DNA from: Endomicrobiales bacterium
GTDB lineage: Bacteria > Elusimicrobiota > Endomicrobiia > Endomicrobiales > JALOBY01
Direction of reading: 5' to 3'
NCBI GenBank assembly: GCA_963796955.1
Contig: CAWCNJ010000006.1
Span: forward strand, 96,001 to 160,000
DNA length: 64,000 nucleotides
This document shows, in pieces, positions 1-8,653 of the stretch; the first letter of the stretch is position 1, and every line of letters begins with the position of its first letter. The translations under genes were made by a program, and so were the position numbers. A model generated the notes under the pieces. That model was not told the DNA's origin and did not search any database. It saw only the letters and a program-made list of their open reading frames with translations.

Positions 1-1008
1 GCCGTTGAATCCTTTCAGTTTGGCGATGCGTCCGGCTTCGGCAAGAATAGAATCAATACTGCGCGAAATTACCCTTCTGCCCTGATGCACGGCTATAGCG
101 CAAAAATTGCACTGGCCGTAACAGCCGCGGTGTGTTGTGATGGATTGTTTAATAGTTTCTAAGGCGCGCACTTCGCCGTTCGCCTTGTAAAACGGGTGAA
201 CGTCGCGTTCAAATTCCATCGCGTAAACCTCGTCCAGTTCGGCGGTGGTCATAACGGGCTGTGATGGGTTATGGATCAGCCAGCGGGTGCCATGTTGCTG
301 CTGCAAACCGGGGCCCGGCTGGTCAATGCTGTTATAAAATTCTTCGAACATTTTCCGGAACGCTTCTTTGTCGGTTGAAACGTTCTCGTATGACGGCAGT
401 TCCTTGCGGCCTTCAACCATGGACGGTGAGATGTAGCAAATACCGGCGATATCGTGCCAGGGTTTGCCGTCTCGCAGGGCACCTGCCAGCTGCAAAACGG
501 CTTTTTCGCCCATGCCGTAAACAAGGATATCGGCTTTGGCATCAAATAGTATTGAGCGGCGCACCGCGTCGTCCCAGTAATCATAGTGGGCCACGCGGCG
601 CAGGCTGGCCTCAAGACCTCCCAACACGACCGGGACAGTATTTTTGAAATACTTGCGAATGAGATTGGTGTAGGCCATGGCGGCACGCGGCGGGCGGATA
701 TTGTTTCCGCCGGGTGTGTAATCGTCCTGGTTACGGAACTTTTTGAGAGGAGTGTAATTGGCAACCATGGAATCAATGCAGCCGCCGGTAACGCCCCAAA
801 ATAGTTTCGGCTCACCCAGGCGCGCAATGTCGGCATCAGCCGGCTGGGCAATGATCGCGACGGTAAAGCCGTGCGCTATCAGCCACTTCCCGACAACCGC
901 TACACCGATATGCGGGCTGTCTATGTACGTATCACCCGTTATCAAAATAACATCGGGCTGCATTATGCCTTGCGCGGTAAGTTCTTCTCTGGTCGTTGGG
1001 ATATACAT
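1..1008 (-). CDS. ygiQ: YgiQ (UPF0313) family radical SAM protein, N-terminal part; runs off the left edge of the window
   Basis: Absent from the ORF track because there is no stop in the window. Manual translation from ATG at 1008 gives MYIPTTREELTAQGIMQPDVILITGDTYIDSPHIGVAVVGKWL...LFWGVTGGCIDSMVANYT...THRGCYGQCNFCAIAVHQGR. This has the YgiQ N-terminal GDxYxDxP motif and a CxxxCxxC cluster motif. Confidence 0.88.
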   Translation of the reverse strand, partial: MYIPTTREELTAQGIMQPDVILITGDTYIDSPHIGVAVVGKWLIAHGFTVAIIAQPADADIARLGEPKLFWGVTGGCIDSMVANYTPLKKFRNQDDYTPGGNNIRPPRAAMAYTNLIRKYFKNTVPVVLGGLEASLRRVAHYDYWDDAVRRSILFDAKADILVYGMGEKAVLQLAGALRDGKPWHDIAGICYISPSMVEGRKELPSYENVSTDKEAFRKMFEEFYNSIDQPGPGLQQQHGTRWLIHNPSQPVMTTAELDEVYAMEFERDVHPFYKANGEVRALETIKQSITTHRGCYGQCNFCAIAVHQGRRVISRSIDSILAEAGRIAKLKGFNG

Positions 1009-1043
1009 TTAACTGATTATAACAAATTTGATAGAATGAACCT
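1009..1043. promoter_or_regulatory. Back-to-back extended -10 promoters for ygiQ and prmA, both probably leaderless
   Basis: Minus strand: TGtTATAAT (1024-1016), 7 nt before the ygiQ ATG. Plus strand: TGaTAGAAT (1029-1037), 6 nt before the prmA ATG. No SD sequence for either gene. Confidence 0.55.
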
Positions 1044-1889
1044 ATGAGTATTGTTCACGAAATATTAATTACAGCCGCCAGCGCTGCGCAAATCGCTGCA
1101 GCAGTTAAATGCCTTGCGAAACTTGGCATACCGGCAAGCGCGCTGGTGATCGGTCGTACGGAGGGGGGAAACACGATACAGTGTTATCCTGAAGAAGGTT
1201 TACTGCGGCAAGTCCGTACAGCAACATTCCCTGCGGGGGTCAAATTAGTATATCGCCGGCTTGTTCCCTCAGATTGGGAAACAAGGTGGAAACAGGATTT
1301 TAAGCCCGTAATGCTGACTAAAAAGATCAGGGTAGTGCCCGCCTGGTGCAAGGCTGCGGCCCATTATAACCTTAAACGCGATATCCTGCTTGATACAACT
1401 TCCGCCTTCGGTACAGGCCTGCACCCTACAACGCGTATGGTGGCGCAGTATATAGAGGATAATTCAAGCGAAGTTGATTCATTGCTGGATGTCGGCACAG
1501 GCAGCGGTATATTATCCGTCGTAGCCAGGAAGCGCGGTATAAAAACCGTCCACGCTTTTGACAACGACCCCGAAAGCGTAGTAACCGCTAAACTTAATCT
1601 TAAAGCCAACCATTGCAAAATAGCACGGTTGAATGCTTCCGGCATAGAAACATATCAGCCCGTGCGCTTATTCGATATGGTTGCCGCCAACGTCCTTGCC
1701 AAGCCATTGCTGGAAAACAAATCCCGCCTGGCATCGTGGGTTAAACCAGGCGGCTTACTGGCCGTCTCAGGAATATGGTCCGGCGACCGGCAACGCTTTA
1801 AAAAACAATTCGCCCACCCCGGTCTCCAATGCATTTCAGAATGCATCGAAAACGATTGGATGGGATTGTTGTATAAAAAACTGAACTGA
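1044..1889 (+). CDS. prmA: 50S ribosomal protein L11 methyltransferase
   Basis: Motifs DWETRWKQDFKP, AFGTGLHPTT, LDVGTGSGILS, DND, FDMVAAN and LAVSGI are typical of PrmA. Confidence 0.9.
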   Translation: MSIVHEILITAASAAQIAAAVKCLAKLGIPASALVIGRTEGGNTIQCYPEEGLLRQVRTATFPAGVKLVYRRLVPSDWETRWKQDFKPVMLTKKIRVVPAWCKAAAHYNLKRDILLDTTSAFGTGLHPTTRMVAQYIEDNSSEVDSLLDVGTGSGILSVVARKRGIKTVHAFDNDPESVVTAKLNLKANHCKIARLNASGIETYQPVRLFDMVAANVLAKPLLENKSRLASWVKPGGLLAVSGIWSGDRQRFKKQFAHPGLQCISECIENDWMGLLYKKLN

Positions 1890-1929
1890 TTTAGTGGTAT
1901 AGCTTTGGTTAGGTGGGGTTATGGCGTCC

Positions 1930-2124
1930 CAGCGAATTCGAATTTCCCCGGCCTCAATCGATGCATTTCAGGAATGTTTTCCGGCTGGCCCCAACTCGCC
2001 CCCGCGCCCCATTCAACTTCAACATCCATTTGAGCGGGGTCTCAAACACTAGGGGCCAGATGCAAGGAAATCATTCCTTCATTGGCGCATCGAGTTCGGA
2101 CCTAAGGGAAATCCGAATCCGCTG
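1930..2124 (-). other. Long rod-like imperfect inverted repeat (~195 nt); candidate structured RNA or MITE-like element
   Basis: Nested complementary arms. The 19-bp terminal stem (1930-1948 with 2106-2124) has two mismatches that become G-U pairs on the minus strand. Inner stems are tcgatgc/gcatcga, aggaatg/cattcct and ctggcccc/ggggccag. Confidence 0.5.
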
Positions 2125-2153
2125 AGCCGCGGTTTTCTCCGTAAAGCCATGGA

Positions 2154-2196
2154 GGTCTCGTCTGGTTGTCCCCTTGGGGGACAACCAGACGAGACC
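2154..2196. repeat. Perfect 20-bp inverted repeat with a 3-nt loop (REP-like hairpin)
   Basis: ggtctcgtctggttgtcccc-ttg-ggggacaaccagacgagacc, followed by gacccc. Confidence 0.75.
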
Positions 2197-2307
2197 GACC
2201 CCTACGCTTAAAAACTGCACTAAACGTACCGCAAACTTAAAGTTAATTTTTGCAGAACAGCTCGTAAAATCATATAATAATCAAAATAATTTATAAGGGT
2301 TACTACT

Positions 2308-4002
2308 ATGGAACCAATTAATACCGAAGAAAAGAAAGGGAAGAATTTTATTCAGTTGCAGATAGACGCCGATCTGGCCGAAGGGAAGAACGGCGGTCGA
2401 GTTGAGACGCGTTTTCCGCCGGAGCCTAACGGCTATCTGCATATAGGGCATGCAAAATCTATTTGCCTGAATTTTGGCATTGCCCGGGATTATAACGGGG
2501 TGTGTCACCTGCGCTTTGACGATACTAATCCTGAAAAAGAAGATATTGAATATGTTGAGTCCATACAAGAAGATGTTAAGTGGCTTGGTTTTGAGTGGGG
2601 TAAGCACCTTTATTACGCCTCCGATTATTACGAAAAATGCTATCAGTACGCCATTGAGCTTATAAACAAAGGCCTGGCGTATGTTTGCAATCTAACTGCC
2701 GATCAGATGCGTGAATACCGCGGCACACCGACCGAAGCCGGCAAGAACAGCCCTTTCCGTGAACGCACCGTCGCCGAGCACCTGAATTTGTTCGAACGTA
2801 TGCGAAACGGTGATTTTCCTGATGGTTTTTGCACCCTGCGCGCCAAAATAGACATGGCGCACCCGAACATAAATATGCGCGACCCGGCCCTCTACCGTAT
2901 TAAACGCGCCCACCACCACCGCACCGGCGATGCCTGGCTTATATACCCGATGTACGATTACGCCCACCCTATCGGCGATGCGCTGGAAAATATAACGCAT
3001 TCCATCTGCACCCTGGAGTTTGAGGACCACCGCCCGCTCTACGAGTGGGTGGTAAACAATATTTCTGTTCCTGCGAAACCGCGCCAGATAGAGTTCGCCC
3101 GCCTGAACCTGACCTATACCGTGATGAGCAAACGCAAACTACTGCAGTTGGTAAAAGACAAACTCGTCTCCGGCTGGGATGACCCCCGGATGCCCACTAT
3201 TTCCGGTATGCGCCGCCGTGGATATTCACCGGCAGCTATCCGCAACTTCTGCGACCGCATCGGCGTTGATAAGACCAACAGCACCATAGACCTGCAACTG
3301 CTTGAATTTTTCATTCGCGAAGACCTCAACAAGTCTGCCGCGCGTGTGATGGCCGTGCTTAAGCCGTTGAAGGTTATAATTGACAATTATCCTGATGGTC
3401 AGACGGAAGAATTCGACGCGGACAATAACCCGGAGGATCCTTCTGCCGGAACGCGCAAAGTTACCTTCTCAAAAGAAATATATATCGAGCAAACCGATTT
3501 TCTTGAAGTTCCGCCTAAAGGATATTTCCGCCTGTCGGTCGGCGCCGAAGTGCGATTGAAGCACGCCTATTACATTACCTGCACAAGCGTTGATAAAGAT
3601 GCCGCTGGAAATATCGTGGCCTTGCATTGCAGCTACGACCCGCAGTCTCGCGGGGGTGGTACGCCCGATAACCGCAAGGTGAAGGGAACGCTGCACTGGG
3701 TAAGCGCGGCGCACGCTCTGGACGCCGAGATACGCCTGTACGACACACTGTTCACCAAGCCAAACCCCGACGAAGTTGAAGAGGGGAAAAGCTTCACTGA
3801 TTTCATGAACAAAGATTCTCTGCAACTCCTTGCCGGCGCAAAGCTGGAATCAAGCCTGGTGAACGCAAAGCCCAATGTGGCTTACCAATTCCTGCGCAAC
3901 GCCTACTTTTGCCTGGATAAAGATTCTCACCCCGGCAAGCTGGTTTTCAACCGTACCATAACCCTGAAGGATACCTGGGCGAAAATCGAGAAAAAGAAAT
4001 AG
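2308..4002 (+). CDS. glnS: Glutamine--tRNA ligase
   Basis: [18 protein letters not shown] (HIGH), VMSKRKL (KMSKS-like), [19 protein letters not shown] and a GlnRS anticodon-binding C-terminus. Confidence 0.96.
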   Translation: MEPINTEEKKGKNFIQLQIDADLAEGKNGGRVETRFPPEPNGYLHIGHAKSICLNFGIARDYNGVCHLRFDDTNPEKEDIEYVESIQEDVKWLGFEWGKHLYYASDYYEKCYQYAIELINKGLAYVCNLTADQMREYRGTPTEAGKNSPFRERTVAEHLNLFERMRNGDFPDGFCTLRAKIDMAHPNINMRDPALYRIKRAHHHRTGDAWLIYPMYDYAHPIGDALENITHSICTLEFEDHRPLYEWVVNNISVPAKPRQIEFARLNLTYTVMSKRKLLQLVKDKLVSGWDDPRMPTISGMRRRGYSPAAIRNFCDRIGVDKTNSTIDLQLLEFFIREDLNKSAARVMAVLKPLKVIIDNYPDGQTEEFDADNNPEDPSAGTRKVTFSKEIYIEQTDFLEVPPKGYFRLSVGAEVRLKHAYYITCTSVDKDAAGNIVALHCSYDPQSRGGGTPDNRKVKGTLHWVSAAHALDAEIRLYDTLFTKPNPDEVEEGKSFTDFMNKDSLQLLAGAKLESSLVNAKPNVAYQFLRNAYFCLDKDSHPGKLVFNRTITLKDTWAKIEKKK

Positions 4003-4016
4003 TATAAAGGGGAACT

Positions 4017-4838
4017 ATGCGCGCGCTTTTCACAGCTCTTTGTGTTAGTCTGTGTTCAGTTGCAATGTCATATGGCGTTGAAGGCTTTGGCGCTACCGTT
4101 ACTGCCTGCGAAAATTCCGTCGTGGTAAGCACCGCTGCGGGTGCGCCGTGGTTAAAGGCCGCCAAGGGCATGAGGCTGGTTCAGGGTGGCGCGGTTAGAA
4201 CGTCGGCTATGTCCGGCGCCGAGATAATGTATGACGACGGCACAGCGGTGCGCCTGGAAAGCAACTCGCACGCCGCCATAGAACAAGCCGTGCAAAAAGA
4301 CGGGATAAGCGAATATGTAATGTCTTTGTTCAACGGTCGCGCCTTGAATGCCATAAAACGTAATTTGAACGTTAACAAGAAAAATAAATTCACTATAAAG
4401 TCTCCGGTAAGCGTTGCCTCCGTGCGCGGAACGGTGTTCGTGATAGACGCCTCGACCGTAACTTCCACGGTGGCGGTTTACGAAGGCATGGTGGAAGCAA
4501 AATCTACGGACGAAAAATATCCGGAGCCGGTGCAGGTGGTCACCAACAGGCAGGTAAGCATTGACGACGGTATTATGCCCGGGCGCGTGCTGCCGGTAAC
4601 GGATGAATACGATGCATATCGCAGGAAGGTCGCCAACCTGTTCGTTAACCGCATAGAATGGTTCCGCGACCACATGGAAGAAGTGCGCCGCATGCACCAG
4701 GATTATATGGACGCCTGGCGTAAAGAGCAGGAAAAAGAGATGAAGGGTTTTCGCGACCAGCTGAAGGATGAGAAGAAGGACCGGGAAAATCTTAAAAAGC
4801 AGCAGGAAATGGAGCAGGAGATTGACCAGCAAAAATAG
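4017..4838 (+). CDS. Exported FecR-domain protein with a charged coiled-coil C-terminus
   Basis: Signal peptide-like N-terminus; FecR-type motifs AEIMYDDGTAVRL and SPVSVASVRGTVF...VAVYEGMVE; E/K/Q-rich tail. Confidence 0.72.
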   Translation: MRALFTALCVSLCSVAMSYGVEGFGATVTACENSVVVSTAAGAPWLKAAKGMRLVQGGAVRTSAMSGAEIMYDDGTAVRLESNSHAAIEQAVQKDGISEYVMSLFNGRALNAIKRNLNVNKKNKFTIKSPVSVASVRGTVFVIDASTVTSTVAVYEGMVEAKSTDEKYPEPVQVVTNRQVSIDDGIMPGRVLPVTDEYDAYRRKVANLFVNRIEWFRDHMEEVRRMHQDYMDAWRKEQEKEMKGFRDQLKDEKKDRENLKKQQEMEQEIDQQK

Positions 4839-6174
4839 CTTTTTATTCATACTAGTGTGCCTTGCCGGCACGGCCGTTTCGGTTTTCGCAGGTGACGCAA
4901 TGCAGCCCGACCCGGTGGATGTGCTGGCAAAAAGAGGGTCAACGCTTGCCTTCCGTTCGGGCGAGACGTGGCGCCAACTGGATACCAGGACCGGCAAGAT
5001 AAGCCCTATGCACCCGCTCGGCCTTGCCCCGGATATGCCCTGCGTCATAGGCGGTTTTACTGTCGTGCGCGGTCAGGTAAACGGCGCTGATATCCTGGAA
5101 AATTATCACCCGCCCTATTGCAGCGTGGTAGACCCTCACACGGTTATGATGGGCGGCAAGGGCCTGCCGGATACCATAGTGCAATGGCCCCTGAGCACTT
5201 CCGCGATCGCACTGGACCGTAAGCAGCATGCGGTGTATGACGAATCCAGATATTTCTCTTCGGACCATAATTATTACTGGGTCGCCTCTTCCATTACAGA
5301 CGATAAAGAATTCCCGACGGGCCAGTGGGTGCTGCAGCGCTACCCCGACGGCCTTACCGTACGCCCGCCGGCGTGCATAGCCACCTCGTTCGAGACCATG
5401 AATAATTGCGTTTTCCTGGGCACGACGAACGGCCTGCTTAAGATCTCCCTGCCTGCCGGGGTTTGCACCCTCTACGCCCAGGCGCCGCGCATAGAAGGCC
5501 TGGAGGGATTGCTGCGCAAAGATATAAACTGGATCCACGTGATCACCGGCGTGTTGCAGTTGAAGGGCCGCACCCTGTATTGCGGCTATTTCGACCGGCC
5601 CGGGGGCGGCACGTCGTTCATTATCAGCAGGGACAAACGGAGCGGTTATATGTCGTATCTTCCCGTGCCGATCGCGGGTTTGCAGCAGATGGTGCCGATA
5701 GACGGCAACAGGATCGCGCTTGCCGGCTGCGTGCTGAAAAATTATGAGACCGCCGAATACGCTTATTTCGGCGGCTTTGCGGTATACAATCTGCGCGCTT
5801 CCTCCATAAAGGTGATCAATACCGAACCGTCGTCCAACGTTACCGTCAGCAGCAGCGCTGTCATTGTGGAAAGGGTGCTGGGCGCCGGTGTTAATATGGC
5901 GCTGATGGAACGAGAAGTCGTTAAATATGACCCCTTAAAAATTATGGAGCTGGAAAGGGTCAACGAGGAATATGGCCTTGATGAGCCCGAAAAATATAAC
6001 GGGTTAAAAGCCATTCAGGATACGGTTCTCGCCCGGCGCGCCGCCCTTCCCGATGTTAAGCCCTCAGAGACAGTCCGCTACGTCTTGCCGCAAAAAGCGG
6101 TCATAAGCACCGAAGAGATCCCGTCGCGCGTAGTCCCCATCACCGACCAGTCAAGAAAAACGACTGAGCGGTAA
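4822..6174 (+). CDS. Secreted hypothetical protein (start uncertain; ORF is open from 4768)
   Basis: Long ORF in an operon-like position, overlapping the upstream gene end and ending 8 bp before the next gene. TTG at 4822 gives a signal-peptide-like start, MTSKNSFLFILVCLAGTAVSVFA. No family recognised. Confidence 0.6.
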   Translation: MTSKNSFLFILVCLAGTAVSVFAGDAMQPDPVDVLAKRGSTLAFRSGETWRQLDTRTGKISPMHPLGLAPDMPCVIGGFTVVRGQVNGADILENYHPPYCSVVDPHTVMMGGKGLPDTIVQWPLSTSAIALDRKQHAVYDESRYFSSDHNYYWVASSITDDKEFPTGQWVLQRYPDGLTVRPPACIATSFETMNNCVFLGTTNGLLKISLPAGVCTLYAQAPRIEGLEGLLRKDINWIHVITGVLQLKGRTLYCGYFDRPGGGTSFIISRDKRSGYMSYLPVPIAGLQQMVPIDGNRIALAGCVLKNYETAEYAYFGGFAVYNLRASSIKVINTEPSSNVTVSSSAVIVERVLGAGVNMALMEREVVKYDPLKIMELERVNEEYGLDEPEKYNGLKAIQDTVLARRAALPDVKPSETVRYVLPQKAVISTEEIPSRVVPITDQSRKTTER

Positions 6175-6182
6175 AGGAAATT

Positions 6183-7787
6183 ATGATATCCACTGAAAAC
6201 ATCACGCTGCAATACGGTAAACGCATCCTTTTTGAAGATGTAAGCATCAAGTTCGCTCCCGGTAACTGTTACGGGTTGATCGGCGCCAACGGCTCGGGCA
6301 AGTCCACCTTCATGAAGATACTTTCCGGCGAGATAGAGTCCACCCATGGGCACGTACATATTACGCCGGGCGAACGCCTGGCCATGCTGAAACAGAACCA
6401 TTTCGAGTTCGATGAGATACCCGTGCTGCAAACCGTGATCATGGGCCATAAGAGGCTTTTTGAGATCACGCAGGAACGCGACGCGCTGTATGCCAAGCCG
6501 GATTTTAGCGATGCCGACGGCGTGCGCGTCTCAACGCTGGAAGAAGAATTCACGCACATGAACGGTTATGAAGCTGATTCCGAGGCGGCGAAACTGTTAA
6601 GCGGTCTTGGCATACCCGACAGTATGCATGAGATGAAAATGAAAGAGCTGGACGGCAGCCAGAAGGTGCGCGTGCTGCTGGCGCAGGCGCTGTTCGGCAA
6701 CCCCGACATACTGCTGCTGGACGAACCGACGAACAACCTGGACGTTGAGACGGTAGAGTGGCTTGAGGACTTTTTGTATGATTTTAAGAACACCGTCATA
6801 GTAGTCTCGCATGACCGCCACTTCCTGGATAAAGTTTGCACGCATATCGCCGACATAGATTTCGGCAAGATAACGCTGTTTACCGGCAACTTCAGCTTCT
6901 GGAAAGAGGCGAGCCAGCTGGTGCTGAACCAGAAAAAAGATTATAACCGCAAGATGGAAGCGAAAGTTGATGAGCTGAAAGAATTCATTGCGCGGTTTTC
7001 CGCGAACCTTTCGAAATCGCGGCAGGCGACCTCACGTCGGAACCTGCTGGAGAAGATCACCCTTGAAGATATCAAGCCTTCCAGCCGCAAGTACCCTTTT
7101 GTCGGTTTCAAACCGGACCGCGAAGCGGGCGACCAGATCCTTTCGGTAACCGATCTTTCTAAAAAAGAATTGTTCAGCAACCTGTCATTTACCGTCAACA
7201 AAGGAGACAAGATAGCCCTGGTGGGCCGCAACCGCCTTGCCATCACGGCGCTGATGCAGCTGCTGGCCTGTGAAGAACAGGCGGATTCGGGTGAGATCAA
7301 GTGGGGCAGTACCATAACCAAATCCTATTTCCCTAAGGATAACACGAAATATTTTGAATCGAACGACAACCTGGTGGACTGGCTGCGGCAATATTCAAAA
7401 GAAAAAGATGAAGGTTTCATTCGAGGTTATCTGGGCCGAATGCTGTTTTCCGGCGAGGAAACGCAGAAAAAGTGCAATGTGCTTTCCGGCGGCGAGAAAG
7501 TGCGCTGTATGCTTTCCCGCATGATGCTGAGCGGAGCCAATTTTCTTATTTTCGACGAGCCGACGAACCACCTGGACCTTGAATCCATTACCGCCCTTAA
7601 CGACGGCGTCGCCGAATTCAAAGGGACGGCACTATTCTCCTCGCACGACCATCAATTCGTTCAGACCATTGCCAACCGTATCATAGAGATCGGGCCCGAC
7701 GGTATGCTGGACAAGAACGTTACCTACGACGAATTTTTACACGACGAACGCACCAAACAGCAGCGTGCCCAACTATATGGCGAGTAA
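6183..7787 (+). CDS. ABC-F family ATP-binding protein (YbiT/YkpA-like translation factor)
   Basis: Two ABC domains (GANGSGKST...LLLDEPTNNLD and LSGGEKVR...FDEPTNHLD), an inter-domain linker with KSRQATSR, and no transmembrane segments. Confidence 0.9.
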   Translation: MISTENITLQYGKRILFEDVSIKFAPGNCYGLIGANGSGKSTFMKILSGEIESTHGHVHITPGERLAMLKQNHFEFDEIPVLQTVIMGHKRLFEITQERDALYAKPDFSDADGVRVSTLEEEFTHMNGYEADSEAAKLLSGLGIPDSMHEMKMKELDGSQKVRVLLAQALFGNPDILLLDEPTNNLDVETVEWLEDFLYDFKNTVIVVSHDRHFLDKVCTHIADIDFGKITLFTGNFSFWKEASQLVLNQKKDYNRKMEAKVDELKEFIARFSANLSKSRQATSRRNLLEKITLEDIKPSSRKYPFVGFKPDREAGDQILSVTDLSKKELFSNLSFTVNKGDKIALVGRNRLAITALMQLLACEEQADSGEIKWGSTITKSYFPKDNTKYFESNDNLVDWLRQYSKEKDEGFIRGYLGRMLFSGEETQKKCNVLSGGEKVRCMLSRMMLSGANFLIFDEPTNHLDLESITALNDGVAEFKGTALFSSHDHQFVQTIANRIIEIGPDGMLDKNVTYDEFLHDERTKQQRAQLYGE

Positions 7788-7802
7788 TAGGAGGCAGCGA
7801 AG

Positions 7803-8174
7803 ATGCCGAAAGTTATTCTTGTGGCCGATGACGACGAAAATATCCGTACTTCAATAAAGGATATTTTGGAGCTGGAAGGTTACACCGTCTATGAGGCTGA
7901 TAACGGAATTAAAACGCTGGCTCTCTACGAGCAGGTGAACCCCGACCTGATGGTGCTGGATATCATGATGCCGGAAATGGACGGTGCTTCCCTTTCGTTT
8001 GAGTTGAACAGCAGGTTTTCCGCCAAGAAAGTACCGATCATTTTTATTTCGGGCATGGTCGCCAAGGATGTTAAAAAAGCGGATTCCTGGCCGGCAAACA
8101 CGGTGTATCTGCCGAAGCCGTTCGCGGTCCACGAACTTTTGGCGCTGGTGAAAAAAAGTCTGGGCGAAAATTAA
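7803..8174 (+). CDS. Single-domain response regulator (receiver, CheY-like)
   Basis: ILVADDD, DLMVLDIMMPEMDG, IIFISG and YLPKPF motifs; SD aggagg upstream. Confidence 0.9.
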   Translation: MPKVILVADDDENIRTSIKDILELEGYTVYEADNGIKTLALYEQVNPDLMVLDIMMPEMDGASLSFELNSRFSAKKVPIIFISGMVAKDVKKADSWPANTVYLPKPFAVHELLALVKKSLGEN

Positions 8175-8238
8175 TTTTAATTTTCCGTCGGGGAAATGGA
8201 AGATCGAAAAATAGTATTCTAATTACGCTAAAAAACTC

Positions 8239-8267
8239 TTGAATTCTATTTACGTTTGTGTCATACT
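8239..8267 (+). promoter_or_regulatory. Sigma70-type promoter upstream of the Lys-rich micro-ORF
   Basis: TTGAAT (8239-8244), 17-nt spacer, CATACT (8262-8267), with a TG extension. Confidence 0.5.
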
Positions 8268-8315
8268 AATGACAGATGAAAACACGATGCTTCGTCTACG
8301 AAATCGATCTTATTT

Positions 8316-8351
8316 AAAATCACGCTGCGAAAGCAGGCCGTGATTTTTTTT
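8316..8351 (+). terminator. Intrinsic terminator-like or attenuator hairpin
   Basis: aaaatcacg-ctgc-GAAA-gcag-gc-cgtgatttt, continuing into a T8 run. Confidence 0.55.
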
Positions 8352-8392
8352 GTTTCATGCCGTTCATCTTAACAAAAAGGGGTGATACAGAA

Positions 8393-8458
8393 ATGGCAGC
8401 CAAGAAAAAAGTAGCCAAGAAAGCCGTAAAGAAAGTAGCAAAAAAGAAAAAGAAATAA
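8393..8458 (+). CDS. 21-aa histone-H1-like Lys/Ala/Val micro-protein MAAKKKVAKKAVKKVAKKKKK
   Basis: SD-like ggggtga 7 nt before the ATG, a clean stop, and AKK/VKK repeats like those of bacterial H1-like DNA-binding tails. Below the size cut-off of the ORF track. Confidence 0.7.
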   Translation: MAAKKKVAKKAVKKVAKKKKK

Positions 8459-8653
8459 CTTTTTCTGTTCCATGGGGGCGTTTCTATAGCCTGATGCAGC
8501 ATTATAATTTTTCCGCTGCATGCCGATCGCCGTTAGACTTTTCAGGCGAATAGAAATGCCCCTCTAGTCATTGCCGCGCTAAATATGCTATAATCTTGCA
8601 ACCTTCACCCAGTAAGTACGGGTGGGGGATTATTTATTTTATAGGAGCAACCA

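Noticed and set aside
261..1012. Track ORFs 261-647, 276-851, 586-804 and 758-1012
   Set aside because: They overlap the real minus-strand ygiQ frame, which the track missed because it has no stop in the window.
8316..8345. c-di-GMP-I riboswitch (GAAA-capped stem)
   Set aside because: The conserved GGCAAA/GACGCAAA context and the second stem are not present.
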